Below are positions 20,141-30,432 of a stretch of DNA of 64,000 nucleotides, piece by piece. Position 1 is the stretch's first letter; every line of letters begins with the position of its first letter. The DNA comes from an uncultured Armatimonadia bacterium. GTDB taxonomy: Bacteria > Armatimonadota > Zipacnadia > CAVVLO01. Location: positions 352,001-416,000 of the forward strand of contig CAVVLO010000003.1 in NCBI GenBank assembly GCA_963749155.1, written 5' to 3'. The position numbers and the translations under genes were made by a program. The notes beneath the pieces are model-generated. The model made no database searches. It saw only the letters and a list, made by a program, of their open reading frames with translations, and had not been told where the DNA came from.

Positions 20141-22012
20141 GTGACCAGATATGGACTTATTCTACACCGATTGGCACTTGGTATGACCTTGATGCTTGGA
20201 CTAGTCGGGCCAGCCCAGTGCGCCCCGCTGGAGGAGATAAACGTGGAAAGTCGTGCTGCTGCCCAACTGAACTGGAGCCCAGCGCCCCCTGTAATCGAAG
20301 CTCCGCATAGTTTCGGAAAGCCGGTGGTAAAGCTAGCGGATTTCGAACAGAAGGGCGTCTCGACCTGGCAGGCTTTCGAGAACGCCATCGAGGCCTGCAG
20401 GCGCGAGGAGGCCGGCGCGCTGGTGCTGGAGCCAAAACGCTACCTTTTCGATGATCCGGCTGCTGCCGGCAAGCAAGCCCATCTCCTCTTCGAGGGACTG
20501 CATGACCTGGTTATCGAGGGCAACGGGGCGGAGCTTATCTTCCACCACATCAAACCGGGCATCTACTTTCTGAACTGCCAGCGAGTGGCACTGAAGCAGG
20601 TCAGCATCGACTGGGATATCCGGCTTGCTTCGGCAGGCGTGGTAGAGCTGGATGCCGAGGGCAGGCGAGTCATCAAGGTGCTGGACGAGTTTCCCGTGAC
20701 GCCCGAGATGCCGGTGACTGCCTTTACGGAGTATCACATTGAGCAGCGCAGATGGGCGCTGGATCCGGCAGAGCAGTACAATCCGGCAGGTGTCGAGCTC
20801 ATCGCCCCGCAGACCTACTATTGCCCTGGGCTGGTCGGTGTCTTCACGCCTGGGAAGGAAGTGCTCATCCGCCACTATGTTTACCAGGCCATCGGGATTG
20901 GTTTTATGGGCCTCGAGACCAGTGATATAGCTTGCGAGGACGTGACCATCTGGCAGTGCCCGAGCCACGCTTTCCTCGCCGCGATGTGCGAGGGGGGCAT
21001 CCGGCTGACGAGGTGTCGCATCCAGCGCAAAGACGAGCCTGACCGGCTTATCAGCGCGACCGCCGATGGAGCGCATTTTATGAGCCTCAAGGGCGACATC
21101 CTGATTGAGGACTGCGATTTCTCCTACCAGGGAGACGATTCGGTAAATATCCACGGGATGTGGTGTCAGGTCGCAGAGATTGTGGACGACCACACAGTGA
21201 AGCTTGCGGGCAAATTCGTCGAAGGCACCGCGATAACAGCCAGCCCCGGCGATGAGATCAAATTTTGCAAAGCCGCCAACCTGGCCGAGTTAGGTCGGCT
21301 TGCACTGGATCATATAGCCCTCGGCGCCGATGGCAAGAGCCTCTTGCTGAAGACTGTAGAGGCGCTTCCTGAAGGCCTCGAACTGGGAGACTTCCTCGGC
21401 AATATGAATCGCGCCTGCAATCGGTATATCATCCGGGGCAACTACTTCCACGACCACAGGGCGCGCGGGATGCTCATCCAGGCGAAGGACGGGCTGATTG
21501 AGAACAACCACGTCGCGCGGACAATGGCGGGGGCGCTCAACCTCACCGTGGACTGCAACTACTGGACCGAGGGCTTCGGCATCGAGCGCCTGATTGTCCG
21601 CGGCAACACCTTCGAGACCTGCAACTGGGCCGGCTGGGAGCGCCATGGCAGCGGCGTGCATATGGGGATGGTCTCCCTCGCTGTAGACACCAAAACCGGA
21701 CCTGGCGATTATCCCGTTCATCACCAGGTGCTGTTCGAGAACAACACTTTCATCGACACGCCCGGACTGGCGCTGTTCCTCTCGGGCTGCGAGGACGTCG
21801 TAGTCCGCAATAACCGCCTGGTGGGCTGCAATGCAGAGCCCTTCCCCGGCACGGGCAGGAACGTGGGCGTAGAGGCCCAGGGGTCTATCTTCATCGCGCG
21901 CGCCTCGAAGGTGACTGTGTATGGCACCACCCAGGAAACCCCTGGTGGAAGCTTCGCAAGCGGCGTGGTGGCGCAGGAAGGCAGCACTAGCGACATCGTG
22001 ATTGAGGAGTAG
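20141..22012 (+). CDS. Secreted right-handed beta-helix glycosidase, GH110 alpha-galactosidase-like
   Basis: ADGAHF...ILIEDCDFSYQGDDSVNIHG motif and repeated N-x-F beta-helix ladders. Signal peptide from GTG 20141. Confidence 0.7.
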   Translation: MTRYGLILHRLALGMTLMLGLVGPAQCAPLEEINVESRAAAQLNWSPAPPVIEAPHSFGKPVVKLADFEQKGVSTWQAFENAIEACRREEAGALVLEPKRYLFDDPAAAGKQAHLLFEGLHDLVIEGNGAELIFHHIKPGIYFLNCQRVALKQVSIDWDIRLASAGVVELDAEGRRVIKVLDEFPVTPEMPVTAFTEYHIEQRRWALDPAEQYNPAGVELIAPQTYYCPGLVGVFTPGKEVLIRHYVYQAIGIGFMGLETSDIACEDVTIWQCPSHAFLAAMCEGGIRLTRCRIQRKDEPDRLISATADGAHFMSLKGDILIEDCDFSYQGDDSVNIHGMWCQVAEIVDDHTVKLAGKFVEGTAITASPGDEIKFCKAANLAELGRLALDHIALGADGKSLLLKTVEALPEGLELGDFLGNMNRACNRYIIRGNYFHDHRARGMLIQAKDGLIENNHVARTMAGALNLTVDCNYWTEGFGIERLIVRGNTFETCNWAGWERHGSGVHMGMVSLAVDTKTGPGDYPVHHQVLFENNTFIDTPGLALFLSGCEDVVVRNNRLVGCNAEPFPGTGRNVGVEAQGSIFIARASKVTVYGTTQETPGGSFASGVVAQEGSTSDIVIEE

Positions 22013-22021
22013 AGGCACAAG

Positions 22022-23364
22022 ATGAGAGAGAAGTTTGTATTGGTAGGCGCGGGAAGCGTCTCCTTTACTCGCGGATTGGTCGTGGATCTGGTCCAGCGCG
22101 GCGCAGAAGGCGAACTGGCCCTGGTGGATGTCTCTCCGGAGGCGCTTGCTATCGCGGAGGGGTTCGCGCGCAAAGTTATCGAAGCAGGTGGGTCAAAACT
22201 GAAGCTTTCCGCCACGACAGACCTGCGGAAGGCCCTTCCGGACGCCACAGCGGTCATCTGCACCATCGCAGTGGGCGGGCGCAAAGCCTGGGAGACTGAC
22301 CTCCTGTTGCCGCGCAAGTGGGGCATCTGGCAACCGGTTGGCGATACCTCGATGCCGGGCGGCACCTCGCGGGCGCTCAGGATGATCCCGGCAATGGTAG
22401 ACATCGCCCAGGCGGTCGTCGAGCTGGCCCCGAAGGCGCTGTTCTTCAATTATGGCAACCCGATGGTGCCTGTCTGCACGGGCATCAGGAAAGCCACCGG
22501 TGCAAACGTCATCGGGCTTTGCCACGGGGTCTTCCACGTCGCCGGGATGCTGGCCGAGGTGCTTGGTGTACCTGGAGATGAGTTGGTCTACACAGCGCTC
22601 GGTTATAACCATCTGACCTGGTTCACCGAGTTGCGCCATCAGGGCCAGGACCTGCTGCCGAAGCTGAAGGCCCTCGGCAAGGAGAAACTCGCCCAAGTGC
22701 CGGCGGCGCTTGGCAAGCAGGAAGTCGCAGGCCTCAATCCCTTCACCTGGCATATGCTGGAGCTGTTCGGCGGCTTCCCCGCGGTGCTGGACAGGCATAT
22801 CTGCGAGTTCTTCCCCGCTTTCTTTGCGGACGGCGCGTATTATGGCATCCAGTTTGGGAAGGACGTCTACACCACCGAGGAGCTAATCGAAGGCGGCGAT
22901 GCGGGCTTTGAGGAGATGCGCCAGGTGGCCCTGTCATTGGAGCCACTTTCGGACGACTATTTCAAGCGCATCGGAGGCGAGCACGAGCAGGTCGTGGACA
23001 TCATCGACTCTATCAGGCGCGACCTGGGCACAATCTACAGCGTAAACGTGCCAAACGAGGGACAAGTCACCAACCTGCCGCGGGGAGCAGTTATCGAGTG
23101 TCCCGCGATGGCCACGGCGGCTGGGCTTCGGCCTATTCAGTGCGGCGCGATGCCGCAGGGGATGGCCGCAACGCTGGCTTCGCGCTTTGCCTGGGTGGAC
23201 CTCACCGTTGAGGCGGCTCTCGAAGGCGACCGAGGCAAGTTCGTGCAGGCCCTCGTCGTAGACGGCAGTGTGAGAGAGCCCCTCCGATGCGGAAGCGCTG
23301 GCCGATGCCCTGCTGGAAGCGCACAGCCGAGTGGCTGCCCCAGTTTCGGAAGGGGGCGAATTAG
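22022..23364 (+). CDS. GH4 NAD-dependent alpha-galactosidase/alpha-glucosidase; C-terminal frameshifts
   Basis: VLVGAGSVSF, GDTSMPGG..RALRMIP, NYGNP, IGLCHG, LGYNHLTW. End LLEAH.EWLPQFRKGAN* lies in shifted frames. Confidence 0.9.
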
Positions 23365-23397
23365 CTGAAGAAGGTACTGCCCATCTTTCTGCTGCTT

Positions 23398-25161
23398 TTG
23401 GTACTGCTAACCCTGGGGGTAGACGCCTCAACTGGAGGCTCTGGCGTGCTTTATACTTACGAACTGAAGCTGGACCGAGATACCGAGTCCTGGGACAGGG
23501 CGCTTGCGGTCGCTTGTCTGCAGGGGCTTATCAACAGAGAGGCGCCCTCGCTGTATGTGTTCGCGCCGCCAGGCAGCTACAACCGGCCTGCCTCTGACTG
23601 GTGCGAGGGCTGGGCGCGCGCCGACAGCACAGCCTACTGGTGGGAGCTCTTCCGTGGGCCGGGCGGTTGGCTGGCTGACCGGACAGTCCAGGAGATACCT
23701 GACCTTGAGGGCCTGCTGAAGCTGGCCGGAGACCGAGTCAAGGGAGTCATCATCTGGGACCCGGAAGTACCAGCAACCGTGAACGTCGCCACTACCATCG
23801 CAGGAGTCCGCGATGGAGTCGTGCTTAGTCCCGAGCTTGCTGAGGAGTTGCTTCCCAGGTGGAAGCTGCCTGTGATTGAAGACCTGCGCGGTCGCTTTAC
23901 AGGGCTTCAGACGGGCAGCAAGAAGAACGACGCCTATCGCTGGGCGATGCGCGAATATCTCTACAAGGGCAAGTGCTCCAGTCGCTTCCTCGCCTGGTAC
24001 CCCGACGCCTTCGTGACCCGCGAGAAAGGCGCCTGGGACTACATCGTATGCCGAGATTGGGCTGTCCAGAACAGGCTGTTCTGTTTCAGCTTGTGGCCCT
24101 GGGCCGATGAACCCGCAGCCGACGAGCCAGACCAACCCTCTGGCACTGATTACGAGACTTTTACCCGGATCCTGACCGAAGTGAAAAGGCAGGCCGGCGG
24201 CAAGCATATGACCGAGCTTGCGGGCTTCTTCGCCTTCTACGATGGACCAATGTGGACCGGCGCCCTCAAGACCCTCCACCCAGATGGCGTGTATACCGAA
24301 TGGGAGACAGTCTGGCAGATTAGCGCATATGACACGTATCAGAATACTGCCTGCGACCTCGTCTACAATCAGTCTCTGCATAGCCAGGCGCCCTTCAAAC
24401 CCCTGAAGCAGTCGAGGCCAGTTGGAGAGCCGCCCCTCGAGAACAAGACCTATATATGTCTGCTGATGGCTGATTATGACTCCACCAAGCCCCTGTATGC
24501 TTTTCTGAGGCAGTGCTGGGATGATCCTGCGCGCGGGAAGCTGCCACTTGCCTGGGGCATCGATCCCAACCTGGTAGACATGCTGCCGGACCTGCTCACT
24601 TACTTCTACGAGACGGCAACCCCTAACGACTTCTTTGTCAGTGATGCAAGCGCAGCGGGATATTTCAATCCGAATCGCATCCAGGAGGCTTCCTGGCCCC
24701 TCTTCATCCGCCACAACAAATACTATTTCGATCTGCTGGATATGAGCATCGCGGGGATGGTACTCGATTTCGACCAGCCGAAGCCTGCCACGAAGGACGC
24801 CTTCAGCCAGTTCGCGCCTGACGGTTATGCCTGTATCACCTGGGACCAGCATGGGACGGGCGGGAAGGCTCCTTCCCCCCAGGTCTGGAAGGGGATGCCG
24901 ATAATCGAGATGACCGGAGGCGCTTCCAGCCTCGAGGCGCCGGAGCAGGCGGCCGAGGCGCTGCTGCGCTCGATGCCTCAACGCCAGCAGGATAAACCCT
25001 ATTTCCAGTATTTCCGTATTGTCTATACGCCGCCCTCACTTGTTGCGGAGACTATTGACCGACTTCGCGCCTTGCGGCCAGAGCTTGACCTGGAAGTGGT
25101 AGATCCGTATACCTTCTTCAGGCTATACAAGCGTCACCTTCAGGGAGGCGCTTCCTCGTAA
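23398..25161 (+). CDS. GxGYxYP-family putative glycoside hydrolase
   Basis: CLQGLINR, VIIWDP..ATVNVATTIAG, ADYDS...WDDPARGKLPLAWGIDP...DASAAGYFNP. The hydrophobic leader may begin at ~23365. Confidence 0.75.
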   Translation: MVLLTLGVDASTGGSGVLYTYELKLDRDTESWDRALAVACLQGLINREAPSLYVFAPPGSYNRPASDWCEGWARADSTAYWWELFRGPGGWLADRTVQEIPDLEGLLKLAGDRVKGVIIWDPEVPATVNVATTIAGVRDGVVLSPELAEELLPRWKLPVIEDLRGRFTGLQTGSKKNDAYRWAMREYLYKGKCSSRFLAWYPDAFVTREKGAWDYIVCRDWAVQNRLFCFSLWPWADEPAADEPDQPSGTDYETFTRILTEVKRQAGGKHMTELAGFFAFYDGPMWTGALKTLHPDGVYTEWETVWQISAYDTYQNTACDLVYNQSLHSQAPFKPLKQSRPVGEPPLENKTYICLLMADYDSTKPLYAFLRQCWDDPARGKLPLAWGIDPNLVDMLPDLLTYFYETATPNDFFVSDASAAGYFNPNRIQEASWPLFIRHNKYYFDLLDMSIAGMVLDFDQPKPATKDAFSQFAPDGYACITWDQHGTGGKAPSPQVWKGMPIIEMTGGASSLEAPEQAAEALLRSMPQRQQDKPYFQYFRIVYTPPSLVAETIDRLRALRPELDLEVVDPYTFFRLYKRHLQGGASS

Positions 25162-25172
25162 AGGAGACCAAT

Positions 25173-26681
25173 ATGAGACTGAACAGAGCTGAGTATCGCG
25201 ATAAAGTGCTGGCCTGCTGGCTTGGCAAGAACATCGGAGGCACGCTTGGAGCGCCCTTCGAATGGCAGCGTCAGGTGAACAAGGTAAGCTTCTACACCCA
25301 GGACCTTGGCGGCGAGCCGATGCCCAACGACGATCTGGACATCCAGCTTTTGTGGCTGGTGGCGATGGAAGAGCGCGGAGTGGACCTCGACGCTAACGAC
25401 CTGGCCGAGTATTGGACTTTGTATGTCACTCCGCACTGGTCCGAGTACGGCATCGGCAAGACCAATATGCGTATGGGCCTTCAACCGCCCCTGTGCGGCA
25501 CTCTCAATAACCCATATAAGGACAGTTGCGGGGCGTTCATCCGCGCCGAGATCTGGGCCTGCATTGCGCCAGGCTCGCCGCAGGTGGCAGCGGCCTATGC
25601 CTATAATGACGCCATTCTCGACCATGGCAATGGCGAGGGCACCTATGCCGAAGTGTTCGTCGCGGCTCTTGAGAGCGCAGCTTTCGTCATAAGTGACTTG
25701 CGCAAACTGATTGATATTGCGCTGTCCTATATCCCCGAGTCATGCGGGGTCGCCGGGGCTGCGAATCTGGCCGTCGAGTGCTATGAGAGCGGCAAATCCT
25801 GGCTCGAGGCGCGCAACCTGATTCTTGACAAGCATCGCGGGCGGCTTGCCTGGCCGACTACTTCGAAAGAAGACATCGAGCGCGGCTTTGATACGGGCCA
25901 GGTCGGCTATGATGTGCCGAGCAATATCGGGATGCTGCTGATAGGCTTGCTGTACGGCGAGGGCGACTTCGCCAAGAGCCTGTGCACGGCCGTCAACTGC
26001 GGCGAGGACACCGACTGCACGGGCGCGACGGCTGGGTCCATCTTCGGCATCCTGCACGGGACGGCAGGCATCCCCGAAGAATGGATTGCTCCCATCGGGC
26101 GCAGCATCAAGACGGTCAGCCTGAACCTGGGCGAGCTTGGGTATTTCGGCAACCAGCTTGCCCTGGACGTGGACACGCTGACGGCGCGCACCGCTAGTAT
26201 CCAGCAGCAGGTGGCGGCGCGCAAGCCGCTACGCCTGGGGGTTGGCGAGGAAGCAACCGACCTGTCGGATGTAAATCCGGACAGCTTCTACGTTGGCTCG
26301 AAGTGGCGGATGGCCTTCTACGCCAATCTGGATGCGCCGGTATACCGCTTCCTCGACTTCGACGTGGCTGTTGATTACGGCAAGGAAGGGCCCGCCATCA
26401 CTACCGGAGAAGCCCGCACCGTGAAGCTGCGCATCACCAACAAGTACAAGACAATGGCAAACCTCAATGTGCAGTGGTACGCGCCCGACGACTGGACCAT
26501 CACGCCTCCCAATGGCCTGATATTTTCCTGGAACACAACCGGGATCGCAGAGGCAGAGTTCTCCGTCGAGGTTGACGACCTGGTAGAGCCAGTGGCGCGC
26601 GCTGTCATCGAGATAACAAGCCCAGGCAGGCCGACTACACTGCTCGTGCCGGTCACTTTTGTGAACGGGAGCCTGCTCTAA
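25173..26681 (+). CDS. ADP-ribosylglycohydrolase family protein with C-terminal beta-sandwich
   Basis: WLGKNIGGTLGAPFE, PNDDLD, GAFIRAEIW, NCGEDTDCTGATAGS. Confidence 0.9.
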   Translation: MRLNRAEYRDKVLACWLGKNIGGTLGAPFEWQRQVNKVSFYTQDLGGEPMPNDDLDIQLLWLVAMEERGVDLDANDLAEYWTLYVTPHWSEYGIGKTNMRMGLQPPLCGTLNNPYKDSCGAFIRAEIWACIAPGSPQVAAAYAYNDAILDHGNGEGTYAEVFVAALESAAFVISDLRKLIDIALSYIPESCGVAGAANLAVECYESGKSWLEARNLILDKHRGRLAWPTTSKEDIERGFDTGQVGYDVPSNIGMLLIGLLYGEGDFAKSLCTAVNCGEDTDCTGATAGSIFGILHGTAGIPEEWIAPIGRSIKTVSLNLGELGYFGNQLALDVDTLTARTASIQQQVAARKPLRLGVGEEATDLSDVNPDSFYVGSKWRMAFYANLDAPVYRFLDFDVAVDYGKEGPAITTGEARTVKLRITNKYKTMANLNVQWYAPDDWTITPPNGLIFSWNTTGIAEAEFSVEVDDLVEPVARAVIEITSPGRPTTLLVPVTFVNGSLL

Positions 26682-26704
26682 GGCTCTCCCCTTGCTCCAC
26701 TAAG

Positions 26705-26747
26705 AGGCGAGGTTCTTCCGGAATATCCGGAGGAATCTCGCCTTTTT
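26705..26747 (+). terminator. Rho-independent terminator
   Basis: 18-bp stem AGGCGAGGTTCTTCCGGA/TCCGGAGGAATCTCGCCT (2 G-U pairs) followed by a T-run. Confidence 0.85.
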
Positions 26748-26765
26748 GCTTGCGCAAGTACGGAC

Positions 26766-26780
26766 TGGCACGTTTCTTGC
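26766..26780 (+). promoter_or_regulatory. Sigma54 (-24/-12) promoter motif
   Basis: TGGCAC-GTTTC-TTGC matches the TGGCAC-N5-TTGC consensus, just downstream of a terminator. Confidence 0.55.
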
Positions 26781-26791
26781 CATCAGGTAGT

Positions 26792-26933
26792 AAGCAGGAT
26801 TGCCTGGGAATAAGGGCGGCGAAGAGGCCAGAAAGCTTTTTCCTTTCCTTCGGGAGGAATATGATGAGATTTACCGAAAGGGAAAGAACTGCCTTCTCAG
26901 CCCATTATCCTACCGCAGCCAGGCATCCAGTTT
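26792..26933 (+). ncRNA. Candidate structured RNA or 5' leader (long imperfect hairpin)
   Basis: Nested complementary blocks AAGCAGGATTGCCTGG/CCAGGCATCCAGTTT, GGAATAAGGGC/GCCCATTATCC, GAAGAGGC/GCCTTCTC and TTTTTCCTTTC/GAAAGGGAAAGA. Confidence 0.35.
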
Positions 26934-26979
26934 GACCGCCAGGCCTTGCCGTCACATACTCAGGGAGGAGAACACCGAA

Positions 26980-27305
26980 ATGGCAAACGAACCGCTCCAG
27001 CTCAAGCCAGGAATGAAGACACCGGCAGCGGGCACCTACGTGCTGCTTAATGAAGCCGGTGTCGAAGTCAAACGGGTAGTGTACGAAGCGGGCCGCAGGT
27101 TCCCGCCTGGGCCCAAGGGCGGCTACTACGTACTGGAGGCCGACGCGCCTGCCGTGCCTGCTGCGCCCGCCCCCGAGGTAGCCCCTGAAGCGGCTCCCGA
27201 GAAAGTAAACCCAAGAAAGAGAAGAAGGACAAGAAGTGCAAGAAGAAGGACAAGAAGAAAGACAAGAAGAAGGACAAGAAGAAGGATAAAAAGAAGGGCA
27301 AGTAG
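26980..27305 (+). CDS. Small YjzC-like protein with Pro/Ala linker and KKKD-repeat tail; 1 frameshift
   Basis: GGAGGAG RBS. LKPGMKTPAAGTYVLL...AGRRFPP. After ~27208 the shifted frame reads PKKEKKDKKCKKKDKKKDKKKDKKKDKKKGK*. Confidence 0.6.
27228..27296 (+). repeat. 12-bp coding tandem repeat (GACAAGAAGAAG, ~5-6 copies)
   Basis: Directly visible; variants are mostly synonymous in the K/D frame (AAG/AAA, GAC/GAT). Confidence 0.85.
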
Positions 27306-27332
27306 GCCTTTTAGCCTCTCGAGGAGTAACAG

Positions 27333-30300
27333 ATGAGGCCTGCGCCGCTGCTTGTCCTCCTGGCACTGTTTGGGGCGCTCTGTCAGGCTGGCTCGCCAGT
27401 TCCGATTGAGCGCGTCTGGTCACTTGGCGATTTCACGAGCTTCGGCTGGAACTGGGATGCCGAGTCCGTGGAAGCCAGGGGCGGCTACCTGCAAGTGAGC
27501 GAGTCGCTCTACGACAAAGGCCTTTATGCTCCCGTTTGGGCAGAGGGCGATTTCACGCTTTCGCTTCGCTTCAGGGCCCTCGAAACGCGCGCCTGGGGCG
27601 GTTGCGGGCTCTTCTTTGGCCTGACCACTCCCACTGGCGCAAGAACTGGCCATATGGCGCGCGTGATGGCCGGCAATCAGGTGCTTGCCGGCAGCCTGCT
27701 CGCCACCCAGTTTGCGGACCAGGGAGTCACAGGGTGTCCTGATATTGGCCGCGGCTGGCACACTTTTGAAGCGCAGGTTAAGGCCAGTCAAAAGACCTGG
27801 TCAATCGCCCTCGATGGCAAGGTCTATCTGGCCGACCTGCCCCTCAAGCAGCTCGCTGGCTATATTGGCGTGGATGTCTGCGATGGGACCTTCCAGCTTG
27901 CAGAACTAAAGCTCATACAAATCTCACCCGCCAAACCTGACAAGACGCCAAAACACCTGGCCGCGCTTGCGGCAGAACCCTCCGGAGCCTTTTACACCCC
28001 TCTTCCTGGCCATAAAGGCGTCGGTTATTTCTCGCCGGAAGGCAAGCTCGAACGGATTATCAGGCTTGAGGGCTTCTCGGAAGAACAAGCCTGGGCAGGA
28101 CTAAGCGAAGGCGAAGGCCTGGTATGGGCCTTCCTGCCTCTTCCAGAGGGCAAGACGCGCCTCTTTCGACTTTCGGAAGGGCGTCTCCTGGAGACGCACG
28201 AGGTTGCGGGCAATTTCTGGCAGGCAACTGTCCTTGGACCTGACCGACTCGCCCTCCGCGAGCCAACTGGTCGAATAGTCGTTATCCAGACCAGCCGCGA
28301 AGGGACAGAGGCCCTAATCGAAGCAACACTTGGCGGACGTGACTCTCGGATTACTGGCTTGTTCGACCGCCTCGCGCTCGCATCGAAAGACCACCTCGAT
28401 ATATATTCGATGTCGGTAGAACCGGAAAGCTTCGACTTGCCAGGCCTTGGCCAGCCAGAACAGGTGCTGGCGCGGAGCGAGGGCATCTATATTGTGGCCT
28501 CAGGCAAGGTCAGCCTCTTCGATTGGGAGGGGAAGCCTAAGGCCAGCTTCGAGGGAAAGAGGCTAGAAGGCTTTTCGGCGGCCTCTTTCGCCTTCGGAAA
28601 GCGACCTCTGGTGGGCGATGCGGCCTCTGGCGCCTTGATTGCGATTGACAACCACCTCGACGAGTTCACCCCCAGAGTAGAGACGACCTCGGAGGGCTCC
28701 TGGATTAGCTGGCAGACCGCCACTCCGCAGCGCGGCAAGGTCCTGCCTAGAGTCTGAAGACGGTTCTCAAAAGGCCTTCGAAGAGGCAACCGCGGTAGCA
28801 GAGCACTCTCTACTGCTTGCCGGGCTTGCGCCAGCCCAGCGCTACAAGGCCTATCTGGAAGGGGGCCTCGAAGTCGTCACCGGCCCCAGGCCTTCCCTGA
28901 AGCCAGTCAGGTTCGTCTCCCCGGCGCCGAAGGGCCAGCTTGCCTATATCCGGTATCCAGTTGCAGTCTGCTTCCTGCCCAATGTGCCTAGATGACCGGA
29001 GCCCTGCCAAAGAGGGGCAACCGCACTTTCCAGCCTGCCTCCGAGGCCGAGATTGCGCGCGTAAAACACGAGCTGGAACAGGCCTTCCGGTTCTACTGGA
29101 TCCATTCCCATTTTGCTTTCTGCGTGGAACCCACCTGGCTGGTGGACGAGACGGTTTTCAAGCGCTCGGAAGTCTATGAAGAGGGCGATACCTACCATCC
29201 ACGAAGCGAAGTGATGGAGCGCCTGGGCGCAAGCGTTGGAAAAACGCCGGACGACTTTCCTGCGATCCTCTTCCTGGGCGCGACGACTGGCTGGGATGAG
29301 GGGCGGGGCGCCTGGCGGTGGAGCGGGCGCGGAGGCGGGTGGACTTACGGCGTGCCCGCTGCCGAGAGGGGCCATGGCCTTTCCTGGTGGGAGCCGACTC
29401 CACTCGATTATATGGTGCCTAATAGCTGGCTGTTTATCCACGAGTTCAACCATCAGGTGGATGGGCTCTTCCAGGCGGCGGGCTATGAGGACTACTGGTT
29501 CAACCATTACGCGCCTAGTGAAGGCAATACTGGCGATTTTGGCGAGTGGATGGACGCCGACCGATTTGTTTTGCGCCATTGGCCTCATGAAAACTGGCTG
29601 CTTGCTCCGCGCGGCCAGGTGGCAACGATGGCCGATGCCGATGAAGACGGCCTTCCTGATTCTGATGCCAAAATCTGGTTCGATGAAGCGCGCTTTGGCA
29701 GTGCTCCCACCTTGAAAGACACGGACGGGGATGGGCTTTCTGATGGCGAAGAGGTCGCCCTCGGGCTTTGGATACGCCAGGGCATACGCGATGACTACTG
29801 GGCAGGCGGCCTGACGCCGAATCCGGCTGACTCCGACACTGACGGAGATGGCCTGGGCGATGCCGAAGACCCACTGCCTCTGTATCCGGTCGACGCTATT
29901 CTCCCGGCTGTCGAAGACCCAGACGCTGAACTCGCAAAGCCAGTTGGGCCAATGTTAATCGAGCTGGCCGATCCCCAGGTGGAGGCCAGGCTTTACCTGG
30001 CGCAGTCGGACGGTTATCTGTGGATTTCCTGCTCGGCCGACCGCCCCTTTGAGCTGCACGCCCAGTTTGACTGCGGGCTTGATGGCTGGTTCGCAGGCAG
30101 TGACAACTGGGATGTATGGCTTGAGAGCGAGGGAGAAGCGTCACCCAAAACGCGGCTCTTCGATGCCGGCTCGCTTACCGAGTGGCCCAGGGACGACTGG
30201 GAAAGCCTGAAGTCGCTCGCCTGGCGCTATGCTCGCGGCACAATTGATGGGCAGCCCTATGTCGTGGTTGGGATTCCAGAAGCCCCGCGTTATGGCCTGG

Positions 30301-30422
30301 TGCTGAAGCAAGGCCAGCAACTGAATCTGAGACTTGGCGTACGAGTAGCAGTAAACAAGTTTGGCGATGTGCGGGAACTTGGCCCCTTCGAGCCGAATAC
30401 TTTCGCCAAGTTTACCTTCTGA
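27333..30422 (+). CDS. Large secreted multidomain protein: lectin-like N-terminus, HEXXH metallopeptidase motif, DxDGDG Ca-binding repeats; frameshifted
   Basis: Joined 27333..28757 and 28992..30422 (shifts between ~28750 and 28990). Signal peptide, WLFIHEFNHQVDG, DTDGDGLSDGEE and DTDGDGLGDAED. Confidence 0.55.
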
Positions 30423-30432
30423 GGAGAACTGG

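Noticed and set aside
27228..27296. Possible CRISPR or non-coding repeat
   Set aside because: Contiguous 12-bp coding repeat without spacers; no cas genes.
26800..27336. 178-aa ORF with protamine-like Arg tail
   Set aside because: The RBS supports a start at 26980, and the repeat's codon variation supports the Lys/Asp frame.
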